DNA of 63,559 nt, the filler included, from Reticulomyxa filosa (Eukaryota > Protista > Foraminifera), in NCBI GenBank assembly GCA_000512085.1. It is 20 parts of 20 records of this genome, joined end to end, with 100 filler letters (N's around TTAATTAATTAA, not from the genome) between each part and the next. Parts side by side here need not be neighbours in the genome. Positions count along the whole stretch, not along the records: positions 1 to 2,007 come from ASPP01004172.1; positions 2,108 to 3,193 come from ASPP01020947.1; positions 3,294 to 5,593 come from ASPP01003614.1; positions 5,694 to 7,253 come from ASPP01000991.1; positions 7,354 to 9,465 come from ASPP01007762.1; positions 9,566 to 10,874 come from ASPP01029074.1; positions 10,975 to 17,694 come from ASPP01005068.1; 13 more parts are not named here. One strand, 5' to 3'. Shown in pieces: positions 1 to 12,676 of the stretch. How positions within the stretch are numbered: the stretch's first letter is position 1; each line of letters opens with the position of its first letter. The position numbers and the translations under genes were made by a program. A model generated the notes under the pieces. That model saw only the letters and a list, made by a program, of their open reading frames with translations. It was not told the origin of the DNA and did not search any database.

Positions 1-229
1 AAAACACGTATTCTCCTATATTAATTGTGATACAAAAAGCCTTTTTTTTCTTTATCATCTTCTCGTCCCTTTCTGTTATACGTATCTTTTTTTCGTCTAC
101 TCATACTCGAAGTCTTTTGCCAGGAATAATTCCTAGTTCACACAATCTTACGTATTTTCTTTTAGAGTTAAAATATTAAAGTTCAAAAATTGTTACGATG
201 ATTACAATTTGAACAAGATATCAGTTGAG

Positions 230-2007
230 CTGGAGGAGACATTGAAAGAAAAATCAAAAGACGACAATCAACACAAAAAACAAAAGTTTTTCAGTCAAAA
301 ATTTAAAGCAAGCGCCAAAGACTTGCAATTAAAAATGACATACATTTGGGCGTTGTTTGCATTTCGCTTCACCCTTCTCACTGGCATCGTAACCATCACA
401 GCCATTTTTCAATTTCTCGATAGAAAGATGTTGTATTCTCTGGAGACCTATTTTATATACGTGAGCATTGATCATACATGTTTCAATCAAATTATAAAGA
501 AACATTATAACTTGGAATATAGATTGCACATATAATTATAATCTTCACTACTTTCAATTGTTCGATTTCAATCCATCCATCACGAGCCACATTACACAAT
601 ATGGACTTCCGATTTTTTTTCCAAACTACGTTATTCAAAACGCAACACTGGCCCATATTTGAAGCACGCCATCACTAATTGATATTTGTTCAATGATGAA
701 CAAATAAATTTATTGAAGAAATGACAGATGCGTGCGTTATAGTGCGGCTTCCATGATTCGACGATATATTGTGTGTTCCAGCAGCAACAATTCGACCATG
801 AGGCTGCCAATTTTACTTTCATTTACTGCAGCCATCGATATTGCTACTGCCGTTGCTGTTACTGTTATTATTATCGCTGGGAACTCGCTGCAGCGCCAAT
901 GACAATGTATACAGCAAAAAAATGTGTCCATCCACATTCCAAAACTTTGCTAATGCACTTTGGAATATCTATTAAAATATTTCAAGCAATACATATCACA
1001 TACATATAATAAAATAATCAATATACGTATAAAGATGTTACTATTAATTATTGAATATGTACATATATAAAAAAGAAATGTTATGTACATAAATAAACTT
1101 TTTCAACCAATGAACTCAAACACGATTATAACGACAGGTAGCAGGAACTTGGAACAGGCACACATAAATGACCAGCCAAGCCCGTGTGGAAAGGAGAGGG
1201 GGGGAGAGGATCGATTGCTGACATAGAGTATGTCCATATATCCGTCCAGCGGCCCAGCACCACAAAGACATTGCCAATATCCAAATTTTTTCTTGACAAA
1301 TAATGAGAGGCTTTCGAATCGTCAAGCCAACTATTGACTGGAACGACGTTCTTGCTTTTTTGTTACAACACTAGCTCTCTCGTGCACGGCAAATGAAATC
1401 GTGGAATATAGCAGTAGTACCCAAATATTGTCGCACACGCCAGCCCAATGTATTGAAACAATTGACAAATGTGAGTAAGCAATGACATGGACTGCGTTTT
1501 GTTGTCGTTATTATAAGCATCACTGGCGCTACGCTTGACATTGTTACACCAGGCAAGAAGCTTCAATTGGGTGCGCACTATATGACATTAGTCCCATGCA
1601 TAAGAGTGCGCAAAGCCGCCACTCGAGGGTGTGAAGACTCATTTCATAACGAGGCTAAAGTTGGCAAGGCTGTCTTCTTTTCTTTTAAAAACAAATTCAA
1701 CGCAGTTCCTCGGAATCTTCTTTCTATTCATCATCATCCACCTATCTTCTTCTTCTTGTTTGCCAGTGATGTCGATTTGAGTTTCGCAAAACTCATTCAC
1801 CAAATTGAGCCGTGATATCGGGAAGATAGTGCCATGTGATAGTGGCTCACTCGACTGCCATGTATGATTATGTATTTCCTTCAACATCCATTTCTTCTTT
1901 GTCTTGCATTTCTTCGGCCAATCCAGTCGCTGCTGTCCTTGCGATATCGCAATATCAATATCGTTCATATTTTTACGTGATATTATCAAGTCTCTTTTTT
2001 TTTTTTT
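230..2007 (-). pseudogene. Degenerate copy of an unidentified repeat-protein gene, paralogous to 30500-32520
   Basis: Reverse complement aligns colinearly with 30500-32520 (e.g. caatgatgaacaaataaattta at 691 vs taaatttatttgttcatcattg at ~32049; SLNK..VMAC.KYG and ESWKPH peptides in both); many stops and frameshifts. Confidence 0.75.
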
Positions 2008-2107
2008 NNNNNNNNNNNNNNNNNNNNNNNNNNNNNNNNNNNNNNNNNNNNTTAATTAATTAANNNNNNNNNNNNNNNNNNNNNNNNNNNNNNNNNNNNN
2101 NNNNNNN
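2008..2107. other. Artificial contig spacer (44N-TTAATTAATTAA-44N), first of 19. Others start at 3194, 5594, 7254, 9466, 10875, 17695, 18797, 22678, 27668, 35386, 37409, 41948, 43733, 49181, 50814, 52739, 54809, 58765
   Basis: Identical 100-nt structure repeated 19 times; TTAATTAATTAA puts stops in all six frames; sequence character changes across each spacer. Confidence 0.98.
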
Positions 2108-2454
2108 GTCAGTGTTCTCGTTTTATTATCTGTCGATGTATGTTTTATATGCCCAAAAAAAAAAATATATATATAAATATGCATATATACTTTTACATTT
2201 TTTTTGTGGGTTGAAATGGCTCGCATGTGAAACAGCACTTACACCCGCTGGCATGATTACATTGAAGAGACGTCAAGGACCTGTGATCATTGGGACTTTG
2301 ACAACACAACGCGACCACAACAGAAGTTTGGTTTAGAGAGAGACTTGGGAGATGTGTGTGTGTGTTGTGTGATGTGATAGTGCATTGTAAATCTGATGGA
2401 TAGATAATAATAATAATTATTATTATTATTATTTATGTGTTTGGAAAACAAATA

Positions 2455-2735
2455 GAAATGCTTGGCAAGGCCGAAGACACAATCCAATGGCTTCTCTACG
2501 TCGTGTCCACATTAAGCAAAAAGGAAGAAGACACTACGTTTACGGTAGTGACCAGTAGCACCTTCCTCACCGACTTGTCTCAAAAGATTCACACTTTGGC
2601 CTCTGCCGCAGCTGCCGATAACCCATATGCGGAAGCATTGATCTCTTTGACCGTTTCGGGTCAAATCATCGTTTTGACTCCAACAATGAGACCAACGCAA
2701 AGTCCAACGCCAAACTTTGAACGAGGAGAAAGTAT
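2455..2735 (+). CDS. Internal exon of a hypothetical protein with a PT/S-P-T mucin-like stalk (fragment)
   Basis: Coding-like ORF (DTIQWLLYVV...TPTMRPTQSPTP) flanked by AT/TAT microsatellite intron-like sequence. Confidence 0.45.
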
Positions 2736-2740
2736 TTAAA

Positions 2741-2780
<40 letters not shown>

Positions 2781-3310
2781 ATTAGATTTGTATATATGAT
2801 AAGTTAAAAATAATAATGTTTGGTGTCGTAAGGTGTGTCTATTGCTGCTATCGTAGTTGGAGCGATTATACTCAGTATTGCATTGTCATTTGTAATTTAC
2901 GGAGAACGCAGTTAAAGAGGACGAGAGGAGGGAGAAGAAAGGGGGGAAAAAAAAAGCCAATTTTAGTTTATTTGCCTTTTAATCAAACAATTTTGTTTGT
3001 TTGTTTATTTATGAAATGAAATGGACACCACGCAACAATAAACAGTGAAAATCATCAAACAAAGACAACAAGCAAAGGAAAACACAATGGAGCTCGAACG
3101 ATTTTTGGATTGAGAGAAAAAGCAACTATTGTTTTTCTTTTTTTGTCCCTGTTTTTTTTTTTTTTTTGAAAAAAAAAAAAAAAAAAAAAAAAANNNNNNN
3201 NNNNNNNNNNNNNNNNNNNNNNNNNNNNNNNNNNNNNTTAATTAATTAANNNNNNNNNNNNNNNNNNNNNNNNNNNNNNNNNNNNNNNNNNNNGTTTTTT
3301 TTATATGCAG

Positions 3311-5566
3311 CAATTGTTGCTCAAGAATGGAATCGATTACAACAAGTATGGAAACGATACTGATCATTTCACTGGGAAAAAGGCTATGTTATCATTACAC
3401 CTTTTTGACTCCAATGATTATGAAACACTTATCCCCGAAGAACGGATAACTACAAATGGTAGTCCTATTATTTCAGCTAGAGCTATCAAGTCAATTTCTC
3501 TTTTGACCTGTTTTTTTGTCTCTTCTCCTCCTTGCATTAGTACTACATTCAGAGTCCCTCCTTTTTCTTCCCTTGTTTGTAATATACATTTAAAAACTCT
3601 AAGCCTCACTTTACGTATATGACTACAGATACCAAAACACCACCGGAAAGTGGGTGTGGGAAAAGTGCGTGATCGCTGGTCACGATGAGCAAACACTACT
3701 TTACAATGGACAATGGACTCCAGATGGCTCTGTATTTCAGCTACATCGACTGGAAATTTTATTTGATGTAGCATGTTTTTATATTTGTTCGTTGGATTTA
3801 TTTACAAAAATCTTTTTTAAAAAAAAAATTGGCAATTTGAGAACTAAAAATGACGTTTTTTAAAAAAAAATAAAAAAGGCGGAAGACTCCCAGATTTTCG
3901 CGGAGAGACTTGTGTTCGCACACAATCTCAGACGTCAATATGAAGCGTACATTCGCTATGTATTATATGTAGACAACATGCCTGTAGAAGATATCCCCGC
4001 AATGAGTACGGAGCAAATTAAAAGAATTTTGCAGCTTTCATTGCCATCTTCGGCATTTTTCAAAAGTAATGCACTTGACAAAAACTCAAACCAAAGAAAT
4101 TTGGCCGGCTATTTAACCACTAATTCCTCCAATTTGTTGGATGAAGTGAACATGGAATGGCAAAGGACCATGAATAAAATCACTTTTGATAAGAATTTGA
4201 ATACCCCACATTTTAAACAATTGCGGGAATCTGACGGTTAAAACTTTTTTGGCTCTGTCTGAGTTTTCCTTTACTTAGAAGATTTTTTAAGGAAAAAAAC
4301 ACAAAAAACAGACTTAAAAGGCTTAGACATAAACTTCTTATTGCCTGACAAAGAACGTTACCATATAGTACCACAACAAGGTGTAATCGCTGTGAATGAG
4401 TATAATTACACAAAAACTTTTCAAGATTTCAGTTTTCATTCCTTCTTCAATCAAAAGGAGGCCATTGAAGTGTTAAAGTTGGTTCAAGTGGAATTGTTGA
4501 AAACTCAAGAGTTGAAATTATTGGAATGGGAGTGCGAAAGGGTAATATTGTTTTGTTGAAAAAGTAAAACGTTTTGCCAGAAGGGAAAGACCAAAAGTAG
4601 ATAAAAAAACATACAATATATATAGAATTTACGTTTGGAAGATTTTGAACAATTGCAATCTCATCTCATTGCCAACTCGAGCAATTATGTCAAAAGGAAT
4701 TGGATGACCGCAATAAAAGCAGTGATATTTCAAACATTGCGTGACTCAAGAAAAGGTTGGTTTAACCTGAGAGAAAGAAATCGTGAAATATACAAAAGCT
4801 CGAAATTAAAAAAATTATTGGTGGCCATTAATTACAAAATGGAAGATTTCTTGCGCTTTTGTGTAGAAAAGTCACTCGATAAATATTGCGCCTCCATTCT
4901 AACCGCATGCAAAGACACTGATAAAATTGCCATTGAATCCATTGATCGCGTGACATCCAATACCACTAGTAACCAAGCCAAGGTTGTTTTTTTTTAAACA
5001 AACAAAAAATCTCCACTTGGCTCTTGTTTTTTCCCCCTTCTCCCTTCTCTTAAAAACACCCTCCATTTTTTTTTGTAAATGTTAGGAGCCTTTGTTTTCA
5101 GTGGACGTGATAACACAACAAGGAGTTGTTGCACCGATTGTCGCTTTGCAACAATTTGTAGACATCCCTTGTGGACTATTTGAAAAAGCGCTGTCGAGTT
5201 TGCAATTGATACCGCAAATTGAATCGGTAATAATGGAGCCACTATTTAGCAAAGGTGGGGACATTCCGTTAATAAAATCTGTTACTTTGAACGAGGCCTT
5301 TGCGACAAAACGACTCGACTCGATGAGACAAGCTTTGGAGAGTGCGTTGGAGCCAGTCCGAAAGTACTTACTGTTGTTCAAAAAATTTGAGTCGCTTTTG
5401 TCGTTGGATGCCTATGAATTTGCAACCTCTTTTTTTTCAAGCAAAGAAAATTTGACGGTGGAAGATATTCAACATGAAATACACTTGCATCTCTCTGAAG
5501 TCAATAAAATACAAAATATGATTCCCAAATCCATTGTTATTGGACTATTCACTCTAAAATTAGAGG
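3311..5566 (+). CDS. Axonemal dynein heavy chain, DNAH1-like N-terminal stem (multi-exon, partial)
   Basis: Spliced peptide LHLFDSNDYE...ILFD|AEDSQIFAERLVFAHNLRRQYEAYIRYVLYVDNMP...LLDEVNMEWQRTMNKITFD, then WFNLRERNREIYKSSKLKKLL, typical of inner-arm DNAH1; in-frame intron 3768-3878. Confidence 0.8.
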
Positions 5567-5754
5567 TTACCCAAAAAAATTTTTTTTTTTTTTNNNNNNN
5601 NNNNNNNNNNNNNNNNNNNNNNNNNNNNNNNNNNNNNTTAATTAATTAANNNNNNNNNNNNNNNNNNNNNNNNNNNNNNNNNNNNNNNNNNNNGAGAAAA
5701 TCGATTCTCTTCATATAGCGCCATTTAGGTATGGCAGTTTTTTTTGCAATATAC

Positions 5755-6075
5755 TGTATTCAAAGGACACACAGAATGGATTGGTGGAATTGAATTTTCA
5801 CCATTTAGTGTTTGTTGATATTTGTGTTCTGTGTCTGGTGACAATACTATTGTCTATGTGATATCGAAGTAGCCAAAGCATTATATTTTTTCAATGGACA
5901 TACAAATCATGTTAAATGTGTATATATTTCACCATTGCAAAGTAATGACAATTACAAGAATAATAATAAATGTAATAGTATTGATGTGATAGGTGGAAAT
6001 GTATATATCATTTGTTCTGGATCATACGATAAAACTATTCGCGTATGGGATATTGAAACAGCCAAACAAATGATG
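5755..6075 (+). pseudogene. WD40-repeat protein remnant (expanded Asn-rich family)
   Basis: FNGHTNHVKCVYISPLQSNDN...IGGNVYIICSGSYDKTIRVWDIETAKQ; upstream repeat is frameshifted. Confidence 0.8.
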
Positions 6076-6849
6076 TATTTCCTTTTGTATATTCTTGTTA
6101 CTTCCATTAATTTCATTTACTATTTTCTTGTTCTTGTTTCTATTTATCATTTCAAACAAAGAGATATGAAATGAAATGAAATTAAGACAAATTTATTTCC
6201 CGCAACTAAGTTTAAAATCTTATTGCAAGTTCATTTGTTCTCATGTAATAAATGTTGTAGTTTGTAAAATTTGTTGTCACAAAGCTCTACATTGTCGATA
6301 AAATTTTTCTTTTTTGCCGTTTCGCAAAATCGTGCGTTTCAAAAAAACATAAAACCATCACAATTTTTCTTTTCGTAAAGAAAACGCGTTAATCACTTAT
6401 AATAAAATTAAATGTAGGCAAATACGGTAAAAAGCATTCGTTTTTACAGTACTTTTTTAGATTAATCCTTTTTTTTAGGAATATTTATAATTGTAGCCAC
6501 TGAAAAGGGAATAGTCAGTTATATTTTTGTTGAAATAAATATTTACAATTCTCAGCATTCTTAATGTGAGCAAGTAGTAACATTTATAAGAAAAATGAAG
6601 CAAATTAAAAATTCACTTAGAATTTAATTAATGTCCCTTTTTTTTCAACAAAAATAATTGTTGCGAGCAAGAAAATAAAAAAATCTGAAAGGTAAGATGG
6701 AAAAGATAAATTATGTGTGAATTTACAAAAGCGAGAGTAAAATAAAAGCACCAAGCAGAAAAAGTTTTAAAAAAAGATACGTCAATCACAAACACATCAA
6801 CAAGAAAAAAAAAACTTGCGAAAGGATATCTATTTTTGCAAATAAAAGC

Positions 6850-7165
6850 TCTTCACAACGCGTCAGCACGCACACAATGTACTTATGTGCATTACATTAC
6901 ATTATCATTAGCGAATGTGTATAGACAAATGTATCAAAAACAGGCCTTGCAAAACTGAATGACAACAGCATAGTGGAACAATTGACACAGAGTTCAATGG
7001 CCACGATCGACCAAAGGGCTTCATTCCAACTGGGAATAGCCCCAGTCAAGTAGAGGGTAAAAGCGAATATCTCTGTGAATAAAAACAATCGCAGTATCTT
7101 TTTTAAATAGTCTTTCAAATCTTTTTCGAGTTGACCATTTATAACTACTTTCTCATTGGCAATCT
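6850..7165 (-). CDS. 3' exon of a multi-pass membrane protein (fragment)
   Basis: Two hydrophobic helices (ILRLFLFTEIFAFTLYLTGAI; LWSIVAIELCVNCSTMLLSF) after an A-tract+AG acceptor. Confidence 0.45.
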
Positions 7166-7353
7166 TTTTTTTTTTTTTTGAGATACAAAGTACTTATTTA
7201 TAACATGCAAGTACGCATTAAAAAAAAAATATGTATTTATATATGCGTATATTNNNNNNNNNNNNNNNNNNNNNNNNNNNNNNNNNNNNNNNNNNNNTTA
7301 ATTAATTAANNNNNNNNNNNNNNNNNNNNNNNNNNNNNNNNNNNNNNNNNNNN

Positions 7354-7505
7354 AAAATCAATATCATATTTAAAAACTACAAGATTTGTAGATATTTTTT
7401 TTAAAATAAAAAAAAATTAATGTCTAAATGTTGATTTTTCATTGAGAAAATCAATTATCATCATAATATATGTTTTAGGCGTTCAGTTTTCTTTGCAACC
7501 TGCTG
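7354..7505. mobile_element. Right terminal inverted repeat of the MITE family seen at 55912-56437 (cut by contig end)
   Basis: aaaactacaagatttgtagatattttt...gaaaatcaattatc matches 56310-56390; ends CTGCTG followed by TA. Confidence 0.65.
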
Positions 7506-8318
7506 TATTTCTTTTCATAAATTTCGTGATATTTTATTAGTGTATTTGCATTAGCTAATATTTTTGATTGTTTTCCAAATGACAATACAATAGTTGGAAA
7601 TTGCTTTAATGTATAATTTCTTCCTTTTTGCGATTTGCAATATTAGTTTAGTTTTCCACTTAAAAATAACAATTGTTTTTCCAACAATTTCAAATTAAGT
7701 TGAAATGATTATCAATTGGTCTAGATTTTTTTCTTTTTATTTGTAGATATATTTATTGCTGCTAAATGTAATACGAAAGAAACTTATTCCAAAAATGAAT
7801 TACCAGTAAAACGAAATGAATTAAATGAATTAATTTACAAAAGACAAAGAAAAGAGTGAAGAGTTTAACCTATTTGTACTCCAAAGCCCACTTGGAGTTT
7901 CGCCTTGTACAGTAAGGACTTGCCCTACAATTCAAGAAAAAAATCAGAATGCAATATTTAAAAAAGTAATTTTTTAAAATGAAAACGCTGACTTTGTGTA
8001 GAAGCTTAGGAATATATAATATTTTTACGTTGCATGAACAAAAAAAAAAGTGAAATTTGAATAAGAAAATAAAGTTGAGTAATACGTTTCTCCTTTTGGT
8101 TGTTTATATGAATACATGATGGAACGGGTTGTGTGCAAAGCAAAACATTTGTTAGAAATTCCCCAAAAAAAAAAAAATATGATTGTAAGTTGGTAAGCGT
8201 GTGACACAATCAAAATATTGAGATCAACTTCGATCCCTCCTCCCTCGCCTTTCTGAGCTGAGAATAGTGGGCCGCAGAAGCAAGACAAAAAAAAAAAATA
8301 TTTGTAAGGCTTTTTTTA

Positions 8319-9465
8319 TTACATTCCAAAATCGCCTCCTCCAGACATTTGGCCAAAGCCACCGCCACCGCCGCCCCAAGATCCAAATCCAGGACCCCCG
8401 GAGGGTGCTCCTGAGAGGATACGTCGAAACTTAGCAAATGCGTGTGGATACGACGATGCCAAGCGGGCCATTGCTTCATTACTGCCGCCTTGCGAGGTGA
8501 TCTGTTGTATAGCTTGAGCAAATGAGGGTTCGGATTGCAGCAAAGTTTCCAGTTCTGTCTGTTGTTGTGGTGAAAGACGAGGCACTCCACCTCCTTGTCC
8601 ATACGATTCAGCACTTTGTTGTTCCTGCATTTGCAGTTTGATGGCTAAGTTATAATCGTCGTCTCCTGTAGACAGGCCGTCTGTTGGCATAGCGGAAGCG
8701 GCAAAGGCTGACATATTTCTACCTTCTCCACTCATTCCACCCATTCCACTCATTCCACTCATTCCTCCCATTCCACTCATTCCACCTCCCATTCCACTCA
8801 TTCCTCCCCCCATTCCACTCATTCCTCCCATTCCAGAATCTAGTCCATATCCACCCCTACCTCCATTAGAACCGTAATTATTATTCATGATACCGGGCAA
8901 AAAGCCTTTGGAATAATCAAAGCCGGGGTTGTTGTCATAGTTCATCGTCTGCATTTCGGGGTACTTGCTGTTCTCTTTGGTCCATTTGCTGCGCTTCCTC
9001 TTAAAATCCTTTGGTTTGGGATTTGGATCGATGTAAATGTCATCGTTTTCGTCTGCAGAGTACTCAGGCGTCGCGTCCGGATCCGAATCGGGAGGCTTCG
9101 CGTCCTCTTCGTCATCATCATCATCATCGTCTTTGACGTCGTTTCCTGGGGTCTTCTCCTCTGTCTTCTTTTCTTCTTCCTCATCTCTTTTTTCCTCATC
9201 CTCATTTTTGTCATCATCTATGTCGATCGGATCCTTCACTTGCTCCGTGTCTTGTATCTCCTCTTTCTCTGCTTTTGCTTCTTCTTCTTCTTCTTCTTCT
9301 TCGTTTGCATTATCCACTTTTTCCACTTTAACTTGTTCCTTTTCTTTGCCTGTCGCTTTCGTCTTGTTTGAAGATTTTGAAGACTTTGAAGGCTTTGGGC
9401 TTTTCGCCTTCTTTGGCTTCGACTTTTTCTCTTTTTCTTTTTCTTTTTCTTTCTCTTTTTCTTTT
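8319..9465 (-). CDS. Acidic/Lys-rich low-complexity protein with GGMSGM repeats, an MIU-like motif and a C-terminal STI1-like helical region (5' partial)
   Basis: Open frame of at least 335 aa; DDDYNLAIKLQMQE resembles MIU ubiquitin-binding motifs; ELETLLQSEPSFAQAIQQI resembles STI1/XPC-binding helices. Confidence 0.65.
8728..8835 (-). repeat. Coding tandem repeat (GGMSGM)n
   Basis: Repeated ccactcattcc units on the + strand. Confidence 0.9.
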
Positions 9466-9565
9466 NNNNNNNNNNNNNNNNNNNNNNNNNNNNNNNNNNN
9501 NNNNNNNNNTTAATTAATTAANNNNNNNNNNNNNNNNNNNNNNNNNNNNNNNNNNNNNNNNNNNN

Positions 9566-10362
9566 TTTATCCACCTGCATGGAAGAACCTTATAACGCGT
9601 TGTTGGTGACGCATTGGTGGACCGCAAGGAAGTTTCTTTGTTATTGGACCACAAGGAAGTTTTTTTGTTATTGGATAACGAGGCCATTTGCGGGATCTGC
9701 CAAAAACAAATTGCCAAACCAGATTTGGATAACTCAAACGAATTAATTTCGAAGGTTGGTCTCCGCCATAATACGTTTTTGCGATTTAGCGGTGGATTGA
9801 ACGTAGACTCAAACGAGCTTTGTCCCTTTCACTCGTTTGTATTTTATGACTATTGAAATGAGCCCAATTATTCCAAAAGTTGATTCGTCAACAGCGCCAA
9901 ACGATTACAAAAAATTACTGATTGTTTTAAGCCAGCGAACTGGTATGTGAAATTCACTGAATTTGATCCCGCTGAAAATAAATATATGGCCATTTCATTA
10001 AATTATCGTGGTAATATAAAATCGAAAGAAGCAAACGCACCGGTCCAATGGTTGAAATCCAACAATAAAATAACGCTGGTCGAGTGGTGCCAGGCTTTAG
10101 GATAGGCTTAAACGAGGTACCAGCAGTAACATTGGAATAAGATGATATTGGAGTATTTTATTAAAATATTGTGATGATAGCCAACACCGGACATTTCGCG
10201 AGTATTGGCAAACGCTTTGCCCATTATGTTACTCCCAAAGAGCGTTTGTCATTGGTACGTAGAAGTAGGAATGGAAGGAGAATTTGTTGAAGCTCGTGAA
10301 AGCTTAAGCTTCTTGGAAAAGATTATTTAGATAGTTGAGTGAACAACCAACTGATGACGTGG
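9566..10362 (+). pseudogene. Divergent alpha-tubulin (alpha2-type) pseudogene, C-terminal half, no introns in this part
   Basis: EPYNALL, LLDNEAI, LRFSGGLNVD, NKYMAISLNYRG, TLVEWC, GLNEVP, QRAFV.WYV..GME.EFVEARE across several frameshifts and stops; 27-nt tandem duplication at 9619-9672. Confidence 0.88.
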
Positions 10363-10974
10363 GAGTTGAAACGCTGGCGACGCAGGTGACAGTGACAAAA
10401 CTTTTTGTTTGTATGAGAGTGAAGTGGTGAACGAATTGTATTGAATATTTTTTTTAAAGCCAAGTGGTAAGGCTTTTTAATTTTTTTTTATTCAAAGTTG
10501 TTAATGAAATATTTTCGCACCATACTTCAAACGTATATTCAAATTATACGATATTATTTCGTTCGATGATGCATAGCTATCCAAAAAATGTTGATTTTTT
10601 TTAGTTTTTTTTTTGTTTTTGTGTCATTTTCTTGTTTTCTCAAGTTTAAATCGAGAAAAAAAGTGATAAAGACCAAGGGTTTAAGCCAGGGACATCAGTT
10701 ATTAAAAAGTAATATTAGTTTGTGTTCGTGTAACACGCATTGAGAACACAAAGTGAAATGGGCAATGAGAATCTTTCAAACTTAGAAAGGTTTGAGTATT
10801 GATTTAAACGAATTAGTCAGTAGATTTGCATTTTTTTAAAAAAGGAATGAATGAATGGTTACAGTTTTGACAAANNNNNNNNNNNNNNNNNNNNNNNNNN
10901 NNNNNNNNNNNNNNNNNNTTAATTAATTAANNNNNNNNNNNNNNNNNNNNNNNNNNNNNNNNNNNNNNNNNNNN

Positions 10975-12676
10975 TGTTGTTGTTGTCGTTGACGCTGCAG
11001 ACGATGTTGATGCAAAAGCTTGACATAATTCATTCGCATATCATACGAGAGATTGACTTCGTACTGTGCTCCTGTGGTAATGTACTTTTCGATTAGCGAA
11101 ATCACTTTCTGTTCGTCGCTTAACTTCTCGTCGTTTACAATCGAGGATTGCGGCAATCCTGCACTCAACACAAACTGGTCGCCGAAAGGGTCCGCCGCCA
11201 CTTCCACATCGCTCTGTTGTTGCCATTTACGCTTCGCCATCGCACGAAACTGGCTCAATTCCAAATAACATAGCAAATTTTCTGAGGCAAATTCTTTTTT
11301 TTTTTTTTTTTTTTTTACGTATACACAGTTGCGCATACGTATATGCATACATGCATACATATACTGCATATGCATATACGTACATGCATGTATGCATGTA
11401 CGAAAACTTACCTGAAAACAAATGCTCCATAAATAATTCAAAACCATTCAAGTCTTTCAAGACATTAGTTAAATCAAGCACGGTACCATTGGAAAGAGGA
11501 GGATGAGAATGAGGAAAAGCGGAAGAGTTGGATTGGCGCACGAACAAACCCGCAATTCGGACGTTGGTTTTGCGCAAATGCGCTTCGATAAACGGGTACT
11601 GCTTGCGAAGTACCCACCACGTCGATCTCATTACCATCAAAAAGAGCACACAAAAGTATGTCGACGTGAACACCAGCGCCTTTACAAACGAATCCATTTG
11701 CTGTCGGAACACTACGTATACAAAAAAGTACATCGCCAAGCACACCACTCCAAGCTTTAGCGTCGCTATCGCCTCTTCTCGAACGCCAAAGTAGTCTTTA
11801 TACTTTGGAATGTTCCATGCCAATAGCAGCCCCAAGCACACATAGCACCCCGTCGGAATCGCTTGAAACGTATTCATCTTTTTCCCATGCAATAAAAATG
11901 ATGCCCCTTCTTTTTTTTTTTTTTTTTTTTTTTGATACGTGTGGAGGTGGGGGGGGGGGGGAAAATGTATGCACAGATTATCCGTACATGCATGTATACA
12001 TGCACAGATTATCCGTACATGCATGTATACATACATATATATATTCACATGTACACATGTATGTACGTATACATAAATGTAAGTAAGTATACGTATCTAC
12101 GTATACATATATGTATATGCATATATGCATATATGCATGCATGTATATAGTAATAATAATTAACACGTGAACGAGAACGACAGTAACGTAAGCCGGCAAG
12201 AAAATATAGAGAGATACCCAAGACAGCGATCGAAGTTTTGGAAACCAACGGATATACCAATTGGCGATACTATGATCATCGCTTGTGGTCACATATGACT
12301 TCCACTTTTCTCGGAAAGAGTATATGGAATACTGCATTTCGAGTGCAGTCATAGCGGTTCGCATCAACAGCAATTGGATGAGAAGATAAAGCGTCACAGG
12401 TCCTGGGCCTCTGTAAAATATCACGCTGATCATATATTCGTGCGTCACATCCCACTCCAAACCGTGCAGCAATAAATATAGTTGCATAGTCAAACTGTAC
12501 AGTATCCCTGCCGCGCATACGCATACAAGAAGCAATGGCTGTCGCTTTCGAAATGCTTCCAAATGGCGTACCGTGTAATAGTGATACGTGTAATACATCA
12601 TCAAGGGCGTGCACACTAGACACACCAAGACGCAACATGACACGCTAATGCTCAACTTTGCTACGTTGAGTGCCAT
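10975..12676 (-). CDS. 7TM-RGS protein (N-terminal transmembrane bundle + regulator of G-protein signalling domain), 3' partial
   Basis: About seven hydrophobic segments, then LTNVLKDLNGFELFMEHLFS|EFASENLLCYLEL...LIEKYITTGAQYEVNLSYDMR (RGS signature); clean intron 11411-11294; boundaries of the first intron (~12160-11908) uncertain. Confidence 0.85.
11969..12030. repeat. Perfect 31-nt tandem duplication inside an ATGC/ATAC-rich intron
   Basis: atgcacagattatccgtacatgcatgtatac x2. Confidence 0.9.

Noticed and set aside
9037-9513. Ser/Phe-rich 158-aa ORF (and similar ORFs at 18849, 21683-22179, 52536)
   Set aside because: Antisense or off-frame readings of low-complexity coding sequence
11932-12260. 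ORFs rich in M/Y/I/H/C
   Set aside because: Translations of intronic AT/ATGC microsatellite
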